A DNA stretch of 52,419 nucleotides from positions 1 through 52,419 of the forward strand of contig CAVJWR010000002.1 of NCBI GenBank assembly GCA_963653155.1, read 5' to 3'. Source of the stretch: Limosilactobacillus gorillae (lineage in GTDB: Bacteria > Verrucomicrobiota > Kiritimatiellia > RFP12 > UBA1067). Positions within the stretch are counted from its first letter, which is position 1, and each line of letters begins with the position of its first letter. The notes below the pieces were generated by a model. The model was not told where the DNA came from. It made no database searches and saw only the letters and a list, made by a program, of their open reading frames with translations. Positions 24,862 to 34,467 of this stretch are shown piece by piece. The position numbers and the translations under genes are program-made.

Positions 24862-25638
24862 CTATCCGAGCGGGAACTGTTCAAGGAACCGCCGAGAATC
24901 AACTAGTGGCTGAAGCGAATCCGGCACCATTTCGGCCTCGACAAGGCACCACGGGATGCGTTCGGCGGCAACCTGTGCCATGACGGCACGCCAGGGGATG
25001 CACGGCCCACCATCTGTTGGGCGTTCGCCGAGCGTCGCCGTCGCAGACGGCGTGTTTTCCTTCAGGTGGATGGAGAAGTGGCGACCCGGAAATCTCTTCA
25101 GGAGCGCGACAACGTCCGTACCCGTGTGGAAGGTGTTGGAGGTGTCGACCTGCTGCTGCAGCAACGGCGACGTCTCGCGGAAGATGAGGTCCCAAGCAGT
25201 CACGCCGTCGTAGCGCGTCTCGAAATGGTGGTAGGTCGTGTGGACGCCAACCTTGATCCCGTAGGCGGCGGCAACCTCGGCGGCTCGTCCCATGTCCGCG
25301 CCAAATCGCCGATAGCCGTCCGCCGAGTCGCGCTTCGCGTGCGGTGTTGTCACGCTGAGGATGCCTGCCTCGGCGCAGATGTCAAGTGTGCGCTTCAGCT
25401 CGTCGCCGACGAGGAAGAGGTCACCGTTGACGTGTGTGCCGACACCGACCATCCCCGTGTTCGCAAGAATCCGCTTCAGTCCGATCGCCGAATGTCCGCC
25501 ATACTTCGCGAACTCAACACCGTCGTAGCCGACGGCCTTCAGGTCGGCAAGACACCGCTCCGGATCCTTCCAGATTAGGTCTCGAATGGAATAGAGCTGC
25601 ACGGCGAAGCGTGTGCCAGCGTCTTTTTTCTCGTTCAT
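24862..25638 (-). CDS. Sugar phosphate isomerase/epimerase (xylose-isomerase-like TIM barrel) family protein
   Basis: 258 aa with FAVQLYSIRD...GYDGVEF at the N-terminus and HTTYHHFE, HLKE metal-site-like motifs. No signal peptide. The start overlaps the upstream stop (ATGA). Confidence 0.85.
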   Translation of the reverse strand: MNEKKDAGTRFAVQLYSIRDLIWKDPERCLADLKAVGYDGVEFAKYGGHSAIGLKRILANTGMVGVGTHVNGDLFLVGDELKRTLDICAEAGILSVTTPHAKRDSADGYRRFGADMGRAAEVAAAYGIKVGVHTTYHHFETRYDGVTAWDLIFRETSPLLQQQVDTSNTFHTGTDVVALLKRFPGRHFSIHLKENTPSATATLGERPTDGGPCIPWRAVMAQVAAERIPWCLVEAEMVPDSLQPLVDSRRFLEQFPLG

Positions 25639-27038
25639 ATCGTCACATCCTTCTTGATAGGTTTACCAAGCTGTCCATTGAAGCCTCGCGGCCGCACCGC
25701 GAGCGTCGACATCCCCGCCGGGAAATACGATTTCGCGAGCGTCAGCGAGACAGGGCCAAGCGCACGGCGGATCGAGTTGCGGCAGTTGTAGTCTACTAGA
25801 TGCCGCGTGAAGCGCACAACGCCGTTCTGGGCACACGTGATCTCCCAGTCGAACGTACGCACGCCTACAATGCCCGTCGCCGCTGGGAACGTGCAGACAA
25901 CCGTCCCGCCGCGATCTACGACAGACAGCTCCGCACCGTCGGCAAATTCCGGTGCCGCATACGCGCACACGTTGTGTTCGGGCGCATACGGCCTGTCCGA
26001 CGTTGCGACGGGCAGGGGAATCACCCAGTCGTCGCCCAGCGTCTCGGCGTTGCGCAGGAAGTCGCGGCGCTCAAGGACGATCCGGTCGTCGAAGACCTCC
26101 GCCACCATCCCCTGCCGCGCCTCCCAAACGCCCTCGTATTTCGGCATCAGGCTGCCACGGATGTTCTCGTAGCCGTTCGCGCCGGTCGGACACTTGAAGT
26201 CTCCTGCGCAGAACCTGAGCGATGCCGTGCCGACCGACGTGAACGCCCCCTGCCAGATTGCCGACTCGTCCGTAAGTGGCGTGTGCGAGTGTCCCGAAAA
26301 CGCGACAGCGTTCGGAAAGTGTGAAAGGACGCGCGTCGCCGTCCCGTCGTCCGCACCCCAAGCGTGTCCGAGATGGCAGGTGTCCTTCGGATGCTGGTGC
26401 TGGATGTAAAAGAATGGACGCTCCCCCGCGAATTCCGCCGCATGCTCCGCGAAAAACGACTCGATTGCGGCGACGCCTTCCTTGTGGCCTGGCACCCAGT
26501 GCGCACCGACGAAGTGGTAGCCCTTCACGGTCTTTGTCCAGACCGGCGCATACGGCTCACGGAAGAAGTCTTCCCATGCGCTTGCCGGATCATTCGCGAT
26601 CACCTCGCGCGCGAAGGACGCCTTGTGCTCGTGGCGGCGCGCAAAGCCCCAGTTGTTGCAGCCTTCAAGGTCGTGGTTGCCGTAGACAAACAGCTTCTCG
26701 ACTTTTCGCCCGTCCGCCCCACGGTCGTCAGGGAAGACGGAATACCAGGCTTCCGCGACAATCTCCAGCTGATAACGCATGCCCGTGTCGGCCATGTCGC
26801 CCGCGATCACGACGCCATCGACGTTCCGTGCGCGGAAATAGGCGAGTGCCTTGACGAACGTGCGAGCATCGCCGAAGATGCGGAAGTCGCGTCGGGGCGC
26901 GTCGATGTGGAGATCCGAAAGAATGCCGAGACGCAGGTTCGGCGTTCCGGCGGCGAACAGTCCGGCCGGCGCGGCAAACGCGCGTCCCGCCGCGAACGCC
27001 CCGGCCCAGCAGATGAAATCCCGTCGACTTGTCTTCAT
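25635..27038 (-). CDS. TAT-exported calcineurin-like metallophosphoesterase
   Basis: The start is set at MKTSRRDFICWAGAFAAGRAFA (twin-arginine signal). Motifs include ILSDLHID, GDMAD, GNHD and GHSH. Confidence 0.8.
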   Translation of the reverse strand: MKTSRRDFICWAGAFAAGRAFAAPAGLFAAGTPNLRLGILSDLHIDAPRRDFRIFGDARTFVKALAYFRARNVDGVVIAGDMADTGMRYQLEIVAEAWYSVFPDDRGADGRKVEKLFVYGNHDLEGCNNWGFARRHEHKASFAREVIANDPASAWEDFFREPYAPVWTKTVKGYHFVGAHWVPGHKEGVAAIESFFAEHAAEFAGERPFFYIQHQHPKDTCHLGHAWGADDGTATRVLSHFPNAVAFSGHSHTPLTDESAIWQGAFTSVGTASLRFCAGDFKCPTGANGYENIRGSLMPKYEGVWEARQGMVAEVFDDRIVLERRDFLRNAETLGDDWVIPLPVATSDRPYAPEHNVCAYAAPEFADGAELSVVDRGGTVVCTFPAATGIVGVRTFDWEITCAQNGVVRFTRHLVDYNCRNSIRRALGPVSLTLAKSYFPAGMSTLAVRPRGFNGQLGKPIKKDVTI

Positions 27039-27064
27039 GTCTTGACCTTTCCCTTGCCAACGTT

Positions 27065-29233
27065 TCAACGACAAATGAGGAGGAATCCCAGCCGCCCCAT
27101 CGTGAGGGCGGCAGCCGGCGAATCACGCATCACCGTTTCCCCGCCCATACAGAAGCTCGCACGTACGGCCACGGCTACCGGCTCACGCGCATGCCGCCAG
27201 TTCGCAACGAACGCGCAGTTCGTCTCGTCCAGGACGGCTTTGCCGTTCCAGAGCCACTGGTACGCGGTGGCCGCCGGCGCGTAGGCCGAGAGCGTGACCG
27301 CACCATCGACGGACACGGCGGCGTTCGTCGGCGTTTCGAAGAATGGCCGCGCATCGTCGCCCCAACCGCAACCGCCCACGGCGAACGGGACGGTCGCCGC
27401 ACGTCCATCCGTGCGGATATCGCCGGTCACGACGTTCTTCAGGCCGATTCGCGTCGCGTCCCTGTAGGGTAGCCAATGCTGCTTGAGCACATCATCGTCA
27501 TAGACCCGACAGGCATAGAGGCGCATGTCCGCACGGTTGATCGTGCCGCTGAAGTCGGCCGTGTAGGGTTCGCCGAAGAGACCCATCAGCCACGTCGATG
27601 GCTTCGTTGCGCTGTCGATCGCATGCGTGTAGTTCGTGACCGTTCCCGTGATGAAGTGCATCTGCGCACGCTTCATGTCGAGAATCGCCGTGTGCCGCAG
27701 GAGATCGACCGCGACGCCTGTGTCGTAGCCGGGGAAACTGCCCACCATGTAGTCGCCAGCAGCGAAAGCGAAGTTGCCCGCGCCCGCCATCGTGCCGTTG
27801 CAGTAGAGCCCATAGACGAAGTCCGTCGCGCGCGTCGCGCCAAAGATCCGCTCCTGGCAGTTCGTGTGGCTGTTCAGTGCGAAATCGATCTCCACACGCG
27901 TATTGAGTCCCAGCGCACGGCTCGTGTTGATGATCTGGTCGCCGGTCGAGCGAAGGTGCGCACCATCGCTGCCGTCCGTGTCGATGTCGCCGCCGTATCG
28001 GAACGGACGCCCCTTCGGTGCGGGTGTGAGAAAGCCGCCGCCTTTTGCGTCAAGCAGTCCAGCCGCGCCGTGCCGTACTGCCGGACGGTAATCGCGGACG
28101 ATTTCGCCGCCTTCAAGGATGCGGAATGAGTAGACCTTCATCCGCGCGAGCAGGTAGCCGCTTCGCCCGTCCGCACCCAGCTGTCCGAAAAGGCCGAGTG
28201 TACGCGTCGCCTCGGTCGTCAGCGGCGAAAGCCCCTTGCGAACGACGGACACGCCCTGCTCCAGCAGTTCGCCTGTGGCGTTCGCGACGTCAAGGACGAC
28301 CGTCCGGCGCATCGCGTCAAAGCCCGTCCCGGACCAGATGCCCGACCAGGCGTCGCCGCACGAGAACGCGATGTTCGCGTCGCTTCCGTCTGGTGTGCCC
28401 GCGACGTAGACCGTCGTCGACGGCTCCTTGTCCGACTCGGCGGCGGAGAAGAGCCGTGCCTGAACCGTGCCGCTCGCGTTCACATGTGCGTTGACCGGCA
28501 CGAGCGCGTAGTCAAGCTCGAATCGCGAGGTCGGTTTCGCCCGATAGCCCGTATCGATGAACGAGGTACCGTCGGACGCAAGGTAGGCGTCCAGTTCCTC
28601 GACCGCGCCGCCAAACCGTAGCGTTGTCCCCACGATGCCGTTCGCGCAGAAGCCGCCGCCCACCGTATCGCGAAAGCCCGGTCGCCCGTCCTTGATCGCC
28701 GGCACACCCTGCATCACCAGTGTCTCGTCCTCGTAGACCCTGAAGCCGTAGATCCGCACATTGGCGAACAGTCCGAACGCCGTACCCGCCCCGTTCGACG
28801 CATAGCCGAAAGCGGCCAGTGGATAGTCGCTCGCCTCCGTCACGGCGAACGTCGCGACCGAAACGCCATTCGTTACGCCATCCGTAACGAGGTAGCCCTT
28901 CCCCGTTCGCGCGTCGCCAATCGCCAAATGCCGCGCCGTGTCAGCCTTGAGTGCCGTCGCATAGCCGCCAGCCGTCGCGCCGAACGAGAAGAGGCCATCC
29001 CCGTTGATGTACAGAGCCAGCTGTCCCTTGCCTGAGCTGACGCCGAAGACGCGCTGCTGCGTCGTCGTGTCCGTCAGGGCGAAATCGACCTCCCAGCGCG
29101 TCGTCGGCGTCATCTTCCGACCAAGCGAAATCGCCTGCGTGCCTGTTGCCTCGATGAAGCCGTCTTCCGCCAAAGCCGACACTGCCGCCAGCATCAGCAG
29201 CCCGACCGCAAACATGAGTTTTCGTCGCTTCAT
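27065..29233 (-). CDS. Secreted protein with three approximately 190-aa jellyroll-like modules of uncharacterised type plus a C-terminal Ig-like domain
   Basis: Signal peptide MKRRKLMFAVGLLMLAAVSALA. The three modules open with FIEATGTQAISLG..RWEVDFAL, YLASDGTSFIDTGY..RFELDYAL and HLRSTGDQIINTS..RVEIDFAL. They close with R(I/V)Y.FR(V/I)... or RLY.CRV.. followed by ..GG. Confidence 0.75.
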   Translation of the reverse strand: MKRRKLMFAVGLLMLAAVSALAEDGFIEATGTQAISLGRKMTPTTRWEVDFALTDTTTQQRVFGVSSGKGQLALYINGDGLFSFGATAGGYATALKADTARHLAIGDARTGKGYLVTDGVTNGVSVATFAVTEASDYPLAAFGYASNGAGTAFGLFANVRIYGFRVYEDETLVMQGVPAIKDGRPGFRDTVGGGFCANGIVGTTLRFGGAVEELDAYLASDGTSFIDTGYRAKPTSRFELDYALVPVNAHVNASGTVQARLFSAAESDKEPSTTVYVAGTPDGSDANIAFSCGDAWSGIWSGTGFDAMRRTVVLDVANATGELLEQGVSVVRKGLSPLTTEATRTLGLFGQLGADGRSGYLLARMKVYSFRILEGGEIVRDYRPAVRHGAAGLLDAKGGGFLTPAPKGRPFRYGGDIDTDGSDGAHLRSTGDQIINTSRALGLNTRVEIDFALNSHTNCQERIFGATRATDFVYGLYCNGTMAGAGNFAFAAGDYMVGSFPGYDTGVAVDLLRHTAILDMKRAQMHFITGTVTNYTHAIDSATKPSTWLMGLFGEPYTADFSGTINRADMRLYACRVYDDDVLKQHWLPYRDATRIGLKNVVTGDIRTDGRAATVPFAVGGCGWGDDARPFFETPTNAAVSVDGAVTLSAYAPAATAYQWLWNGKAVLDETNCAFVANWRHAREPVAVAVRASFCMGGETVMRDSPAAALTMGRLGFLLICR

Positions 29234-31416
29234 TGTGCTGTCCTTTCCTGTGCGTGTTCCAGTCGTGAAAGTTCAAGCGCGTCCACGCGGACGGCCCGCA
29301 TTCCAGAGAGTCCCGAAAGCGCACCGCGCACGTCGAGCTTGTACCCGACCGCCGGCACGAACGTGCCCAAGTCAATCCAGTCCCACTCCACCGAAACCTC
29401 AGACGCGGCGACTTCGCGCCGAAAGCGCACCTGCGCGTCCTTGACGACAACCGTCAGTACCGCATCGCCGCCGTCAGCCCGCCGTTCGCCCTTCGCATGG
29501 ATGCGGAGACGCAACAGCACGTTCGGATCGAACGCAAGGTCGTCGAGAAAGAACCGAATCGCGTCCTGCCCGTCACGCGGATAGACTTCGACGGCCTGTC
29601 CACCGAATGCCGTCGGATCATCAACGCACCGTGCGTGATAGCCGTGGCGCTCGTTCCACTCGCCGCCCGTGTAGTCTCCATCGCGTACGCAGAAGTCAGC
29701 CGTCTCAATTCGCGCACAGGTCGCGGCTGCGACGGGGCGATGCGTCCGCATACGCGCAAGCCGACGGCGCATCCACGCATCCTGTCCGCGCTGGAGCGCG
29801 AAATGGAGCGGCACGCCACGCGCGGCGGCGGCAGCGCGAATCGACGCCTCTTCCGCCAGCAATGCGTCAAGCCCGTGCGGACGCGCAAAGCGTTTGGGAT
29901 GCGCCGTCACGGAATGCGTCGGAGCAAAGCAGGCGAGGCGATTCAACAACGCGACGACCGTCGGATATTTCGCGAGGCGCACGGCGAAGCGGGCATCGGG
30001 GTCGTCTCGCGTCGCCCGCTCGGCGGCTTCCCACAGACCGAGCGAGACGCGCAGGAAACCGTCAGGGAACGTCTTCGGATCATCTTCGCCGCCATAGGTC
30101 AGCACGGCTTCTGGATTATGCGCGAGCTGCCCTCGCGCGAGATCATAGGCCGCGCGCACATGCGGGGCGCCGGCCCCGTAGGCTCCACGGCAGAAGCGAT
30201 CGACAAGTTCGTCCGTGGACTGGTCGGGATTCCACATCAGCTTCGCGAGCACCCAGCACCGCAGGTCGCCGAAATCGCCACCCGGCAACGGCTGACCGTC
30301 CATGTAGACGTATTTCGCGCCTCGGTCACGGTAGTAGCGCAAGTTCGGGCCGTATACCGTGATGTTCGGATGCGGCAGGAAGAACCAGCGGAAGTTCGGC
30401 GTGTAGTCCCACTGGTAGATCCGCTCCGTTCCCGATGTCCACGCCTCGTAGGCACGCTTCCACGCGACGTTCTTCGGACGCGCCGCCGTCGCAAGCGGCT
30501 CGGCGTAGTCCGCCGCCGTGCAACAGCAGACGATCACGTTACGGCGCGGGCGTACCGTCTTCGGCGGCTTGAAGGTCTCGCCATAGGCGATGGTCTCGAC
30601 GAGCAGATCCGGGCGAACGCGTTCGATGCGTTCGGCGACAGCGTTCACAAACCGCAAGACGGGGCCGGCACGAGAACCTTCATCGGCGAATATCTCGCGA
30701 CACGTGGCACATTCGCAGAAGTTGCCCCAGTCCATCTGCGAGACGCCAACGACACGACAGCCGGGATCGGCCGCCGCCAAGGCCAGTGCATTCGACGCGG
30801 CGACATCCACGACCTCTGGATTCGAGAGGCAGAGCTGCGTCGATTCCGAGATGCGTCGTCCATCGATCTCGCTGAACCATTCGGGATGCGCGGCGAAATG
30901 GCGTTCGGGCGGCACGAGCGTGAGGAAGGTGTGCGACGTGTAGAGGCGACGAGCAAAGCGCAACGGACAGCCCCCATACTTAGGATCGGGATTCGGCACC
31001 GCGCCATCGGGACTCTCGCCGTTCAGGCGGCATCGTGCGGCAAAAAGCTGATTCGTGCGGACGCCATACCACGACGGCTGTCGCAGTTCGAAGGCGGGAC
31101 GCTCTGTAATTGACGTGCCGTCCGGCACGACCAGTTTCGCGCGACGGGGCACGACCGTCCGCCACGGCGCGTACCAGCCGCATCCGCCGAAGCGTTCCAG
31201 CAATTCGTAGACGCCATAAAGTGCACCGCGCGGCGATTCGCCCGCGATGGTGACGATGCCGTTCGTCGCGCGGATCGTGAAGCCGTCGCCCGTGCCATCC
31301 CCGGCCGTGACGACGAACGCACCCGGTTCGGGACGCGCCCCGGTCATCCGCTCGACGTGGCGGTCGAGTTCCTCTTGCGCGAACAGCGCGGCGAAAAGGA
31401 CAAGGGCGGCGATCAT
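29230..31416 (-). CDS. DUF4838 domain-containing glycoside-hydrolase-like protein
   Basis: The N-terminal EELDRHVERMTG...GALYGVYELLERFGGCGWYAPW pattern is typical of DUF4838 proteins. 728 aa. It has a short uncharged hydrophobic N-terminus and ATGA overlaps at both ends. Confidence 0.75.
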   Translation of the reverse strand: MIAALVLFAALFAQEELDRHVERMTGARPEPGAFVVTAGDGTGDGFTIRATNGIVTIAGESPRGALYGVYELLERFGGCGWYAPWRTVVPRRAKLVVPDGTSITERPAFELRQPSWYGVRTNQLFAARCRLNGESPDGAVPNPDPKYGGCPLRFARRLYTSHTFLTLVPPERHFAAHPEWFSEIDGRRISESTQLCLSNPEVVDVAASNALALAAADPGCRVVGVSQMDWGNFCECATCREIFADEGSRAGPVLRFVNAVAERIERVRPDLLVETIAYGETFKPPKTVRPRRNVIVCCCTAADYAEPLATAARPKNVAWKRAYEAWTSGTERIYQWDYTPNFRWFFLPHPNITVYGPNLRYYRDRGAKYVYMDGQPLPGGDFGDLRCWVLAKLMWNPDQSTDELVDRFCRGAYGAGAPHVRAAYDLARGQLAHNPEAVLTYGGEDDPKTFPDGFLRVSLGLWEAAERATRDDPDARFAVRLAKYPTVVALLNRLACFAPTHSVTAHPKRFARPHGLDALLAEEASIRAAAAARGVPLHFALQRGQDAWMRRRLARMRTHRPVAAATCARIETADFCVRDGDYTGGEWNERHGYHARCVDDPTAFGGQAVEVYPRDGQDAIRFFLDDLAFDPNVLLRLRIHAKGERRADGGDAVLTVVVKDAQVRFRREVAASEVSVEWDWIDLGTFVPAVGYKLDVRGALSGLSGMRAVRVDALELSRLEHAQERTAQ

Positions 31417-32195
31417 CGGTCGGTATCGATCTTCGAGAGATCGCCATTGATGGTGATGCCGCCATCCGCGACAAGGATGGCACCGTTCAGGTAGGACGAC
31501 TCGTCCGACGCGAGAAAGAGCGCGATCTTCGCGATTTCCTCAGGCGTGCCATAGCGGCGGAGCGGCGTGCGGAGCTTGAGGAACCGCTCCTCGTCGAAGG
31601 TCGAGTCCGACGGATTCGACTGGCGCATCATCGGCGTCAGGATCGCAGCCGGCGAGATCGCGTTCGTGCGGACATTGTAGCGGCCGTACTCGACGGCCAG
31701 CGACTTCGTGAGCTGAACGATCGCGCCTTTCGTCGCCGTGTAGGCATCACAGTCCGGAATGCCGATCTGCGCGGCGGACGAGCCGGTGTTGATGATCGAT
31801 CCGCCATGTCCCGACGCAATCATCGTCGGAATCGAATACTTCGCGAACAGGTAGACCGACTTCAGGTTGATGTCGATCACGCGATCCCAGTCGGCCACGG
31901 CAATGTCCGTGATGCGCCCATCGTGCCCCGTCCAGAAGATGCCCGCGTTGTTGTAGAGGACGTCCACCGTCCCCGCCGCCTTGACGACGGCCTCCACGTC
32001 CGCCGCCTTCGAGACGTCGCAGGGCACGAACGTCGCACCAATTTCGGCGGCGGCCGCCGCGCCCTTCGTCGCATTGACATCCGCAAGGAACACCCGCGCT
32101 CCCTCGGACGCAAACAGCCGCGCTCCCTCGAAGCCAATGCCCTGGGCACCACCCGTGACAATGGCAGTCTTCCCTTCCAGTCGTTTCATTTTCAT
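31413..32195 (-). CDS. SDR family NAD(P)-dependent oxidoreductase
   Basis: The start is at MKMKRLEGKTAIVTGGAQGIG (AAGGAG upstream) with a YxxxK site (YTATKGA) and NAG motif. The 415-aa ORF extension is Arg-rich junk overlapping the MFS gene. Confidence 0.9.
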   Translation of the reverse strand: MKMKRLEGKTAIVTGGAQGIGFEGARLFASEGARVFLADVNATKGAAAAAEIGATFVPCDVSKAADVEAVVKAAGTVDVLYNNAGIFWTGHDGRITDIAVADWDRVIDINLKSVYLFAKYSIPTMIASGHGGSIINTGSSAAQIGIPDCDAYTATKGAIVQLTKSLAVEYGRYNVRTNAISPAAILTPMMRQSNPSDSTFDEERFLKLRTPLRRYGTPEEIAKIALFLASDESSYLNGAILVADGGITINGDLSKIDTDR

Positions 32196-33526
32196 TTTCT
32201 CCTTCCTTCCGCAAACCAACGTTCGATTTCCTCCAAGGTCTTGCCCTTCGTTTCGGGCATGTAAAGATGGACTGTCAGGTAATAGACAACCGTGCAGGCA
32301 GCGAATCCCAGGAACAGCCAGCCGTAGCCGATGCGCCCGACCAACGGCAACAGCGTAGACTGAAGCCCTGTCGCGACGCCCTGGTTCGCCATGAGGGACA
32401 CGCCCATGCCGACAGCCCGAATGCGGCGCGGCATGAGTTCGGTCAGTGCCAGCCACACACAGACGCCCGGCCCCACGCAGAATGATGAAATGAAAACGAC
32501 GAGCGTGGCGAGCACCGCCCAGCCCGTCATGGGCGAAGCCGTGACAAGTCCACGCTCCAGTGCCATCATGAGAACGCCCGCAACGGCCATCGAGCCAATG
32601 ATGCCGCGCGTACCGAGTTCCAGCAGGAAGACGCGTCCCTTTCGGTCTACCAGTGCGCACGCTACAGCCGTCATCGCGAGCATCGCGACCTTGAGGCAGA
32701 CATCCGCAACGTGGATCGCGTGCAGGGAAAGCCCGGCTTCGCGGAAGATCGTCGTCGTATAGCCGAGGACGACGTTGATGCCTGTCGCCTGATTGCAGGC
32801 GAGAACCGTGAAGGCGATCGCGAACGGCACGAGATATTTGCGCTGCAGCAGAGGCTCATTCACGGGCGGAACAGCGGAGACAACCGTGTCGTGCGCAGGG
32901 CGCGGCCTCCAGGCGGGCGACTCCTTCAGGAACAGGCCCGCAACGAAGACAGCCGCAGAAAGACCTCCTACGAGGCCGAAGACGGTACGCCAGCAACGCG
33001 TCTTCGCCACCGCGTCAAGTGTTGGCGAATCCGCTGGACCGACCACCAGCGCAAGCGCCAGCCCGATCAGTCCGGACGCGAGAATGCCGCCGATCATCAC
33101 GAGCTGAAAAAAGCCCGCGCCACGTCCACGAATCTCCTTGGGCAGCGTTTCGGCAATGTACAGCGGCGTGACGACCGCGATGACGCCCATGCCGCAGCCC
33201 TGTAGCAGGATGCCCGCATAGAGTGCCGCGAAGCTTGCGTCCGACAGCGCCGCGAGAGAGGACCCTGCCGCAAAGAACAGTGTTCCCAGGAGAAATGTTC
33301 GCTTCCGCCCGAACCAGTCGCTCAGCGCTCCGGCGACGAAGTTGACGCAGACCGACCCCAACAGACAGCCGCCGACCAGCAGGGAAAGCCGTGAGGCGCC
33401 GAACGTTGTCGTCGCCTCTATGTAGGGTTTGGCAATCGACATCTCGCCGTTGGCCCCGAGTCCGTAGAGGACTCCTGCCAACCCCGACAACGCGAGGAAA
33501 TAGGCGAGATATCGCTTGTCCATCAT
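32192..33526 (-). CDS. MFS transporter, sugar porter family
   Basis: 444 aa and about 12 TM segments, with GALSDWFGRKR (the MFS loop 2-3 motif), PKEIRGRG, and a C-terminal PETKGKTLEEIE characteristic of sugar porters. Confidence 0.9.
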   Translation of the reverse strand: MMDKRYLAYFLALSGLAGVLYGLGANGEMSIAKPYIEATTTFGASRLSLLVGGCLLGSVCVNFVAGALSDWFGRKRTFLLGTLFFAAGSSLAALSDASFAALYAGILLQGCGMGVIAVVTPLYIAETLPKEIRGRGAGFFQLVMIGGILASGLIGLALALVVGPADSPTLDAVAKTRCWRTVFGLVGGLSAAVFVAGLFLKESPAWRPRPAHDTVVSAVPPVNEPLLQRKYLVPFAIAFTVLACNQATGINVVLGYTTTIFREAGLSLHAIHVADVCLKVAMLAMTAVACALVDRKGRVFLLELGTRGIIGSMAVAGVLMMALERGLVTASPMTGWAVLATLVVFISSFCVGPGVCVWLALTELMPRRIRAVGMGVSLMANQGVATGLQSTLLPLVGRIGYGWLFLGFAACTVVYYLTVHLYMPETKGKTLEEIERWFAEGRRK

Positions 33527-33536
33527 TCGTTCCCCA

Positions 33537-34466
33537 TCAGCCCTTCAGGGCCTCCAAGATTGCCTTCTTGATGCCCGTCGGTCCAATTCCGTACTCTTCG
33601 CAGAGCCACCGTTGGCTACCGATCTTCGTGACGTAGACATCGGGTAGGCCGAGCCGCTTCAGACGGCAGCTGACGCCCGCGTCCATCAGCACTTCGGACA
33701 CCGCCGAGCCGACGCCTCCTGAGAGATTGTGCTCCTCAACGGTGATGATCGTGCCGGTTTCCCGTGCGGCTCGGACGATTGCCTCGCGGTCGATCGGCTT
33801 GATCGAGTAGAGCGAGACGAGACGGCACGAGATGCCCTGTTCGCGCGCAAGCTCCTCGACGGCCCGCTTGGCGTCCACGCCGATCGTGCCGGCGAAGAAC
33901 ACTGTCGCGTCCTTGCCGTCGCGAATCTGCGATGAGCCGCCGATGCGGAAGTCCTCGACTTCGCGTCCATCATGGAGGTCGGGTTCGTTCTTGTAGCCGC
34001 AACGGAAGTAGACCGGCCCTCGGTAGGCCATCATCGCCCGTGTCGCCGCGCGCGTCTCGGCACCGTCGGACGGCACGAGGACGACCATGTTCGGAAGAGC
34101 ACGCATGATGGCGATATCCTCCGTCGAGTGGTGGCTCATTCCGAGCTCGCCGTAGGCGACACCGCCGCCGATGATGACGATCTTCACGTCCGCATCATGG
34201 TAGCAGACATCGTTGCGGATCTGCTCCAGGCAACGCAGGGTCGGGAAGTTCGCGATCGAGTAGGTGATCGCCGTGTTGCCCTCCATCGCGACACCGCACG
34301 CGACGCCCGTCATCTCCTGCTCGGCGACGCCACAGTTGATGAAGCGGTCCGGATAGGCGTTCGCGAACGGCTCGATCTCGCCATAGCCGATGTCCGCAAG
34401 GATCATGTAAACGTTCTTGCGCTCCGCCGCGATCTTGAGGAGTTCCTGGTTGAATATCTTTCTCAT
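33537..34466 (-). CDS. Transketolase, C-terminal (pyrimidine-binding) subunit
   Basis: 309 aa with ADIGYGE...CGVAEQEMTGVA... and the layout of a split transketolase B subunit. Confidence 0.93.
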   Translation of the reverse strand: MRKIFNQELLKIAAERKNVYMILADIGYGEIEPFANAYPDRFINCGVAEQEMTGVACGVAMEGNTAITYSIANFPTLRCLEQIRNDVCYHDADVKIVIIGGGVAYGELGMSHHSTEDIAIMRALPNMVVLVPSDGAETRAATRAMMAYRGPVYFRCGYKNEPDLHDGREVEDFRIGGSSQIRDGKDATVFFAGTIGVDAKRAVEELAREQGISCRLVSLYSIKPIDREAIVRAARETGTIITVEEHNLSGGVGSAVSEVLMDAGVSCRLKRLGLPDVYVTKIGSQRWLCEEYGIGPTGIKKAILEALKG

Positions 34467-34467
34467 G

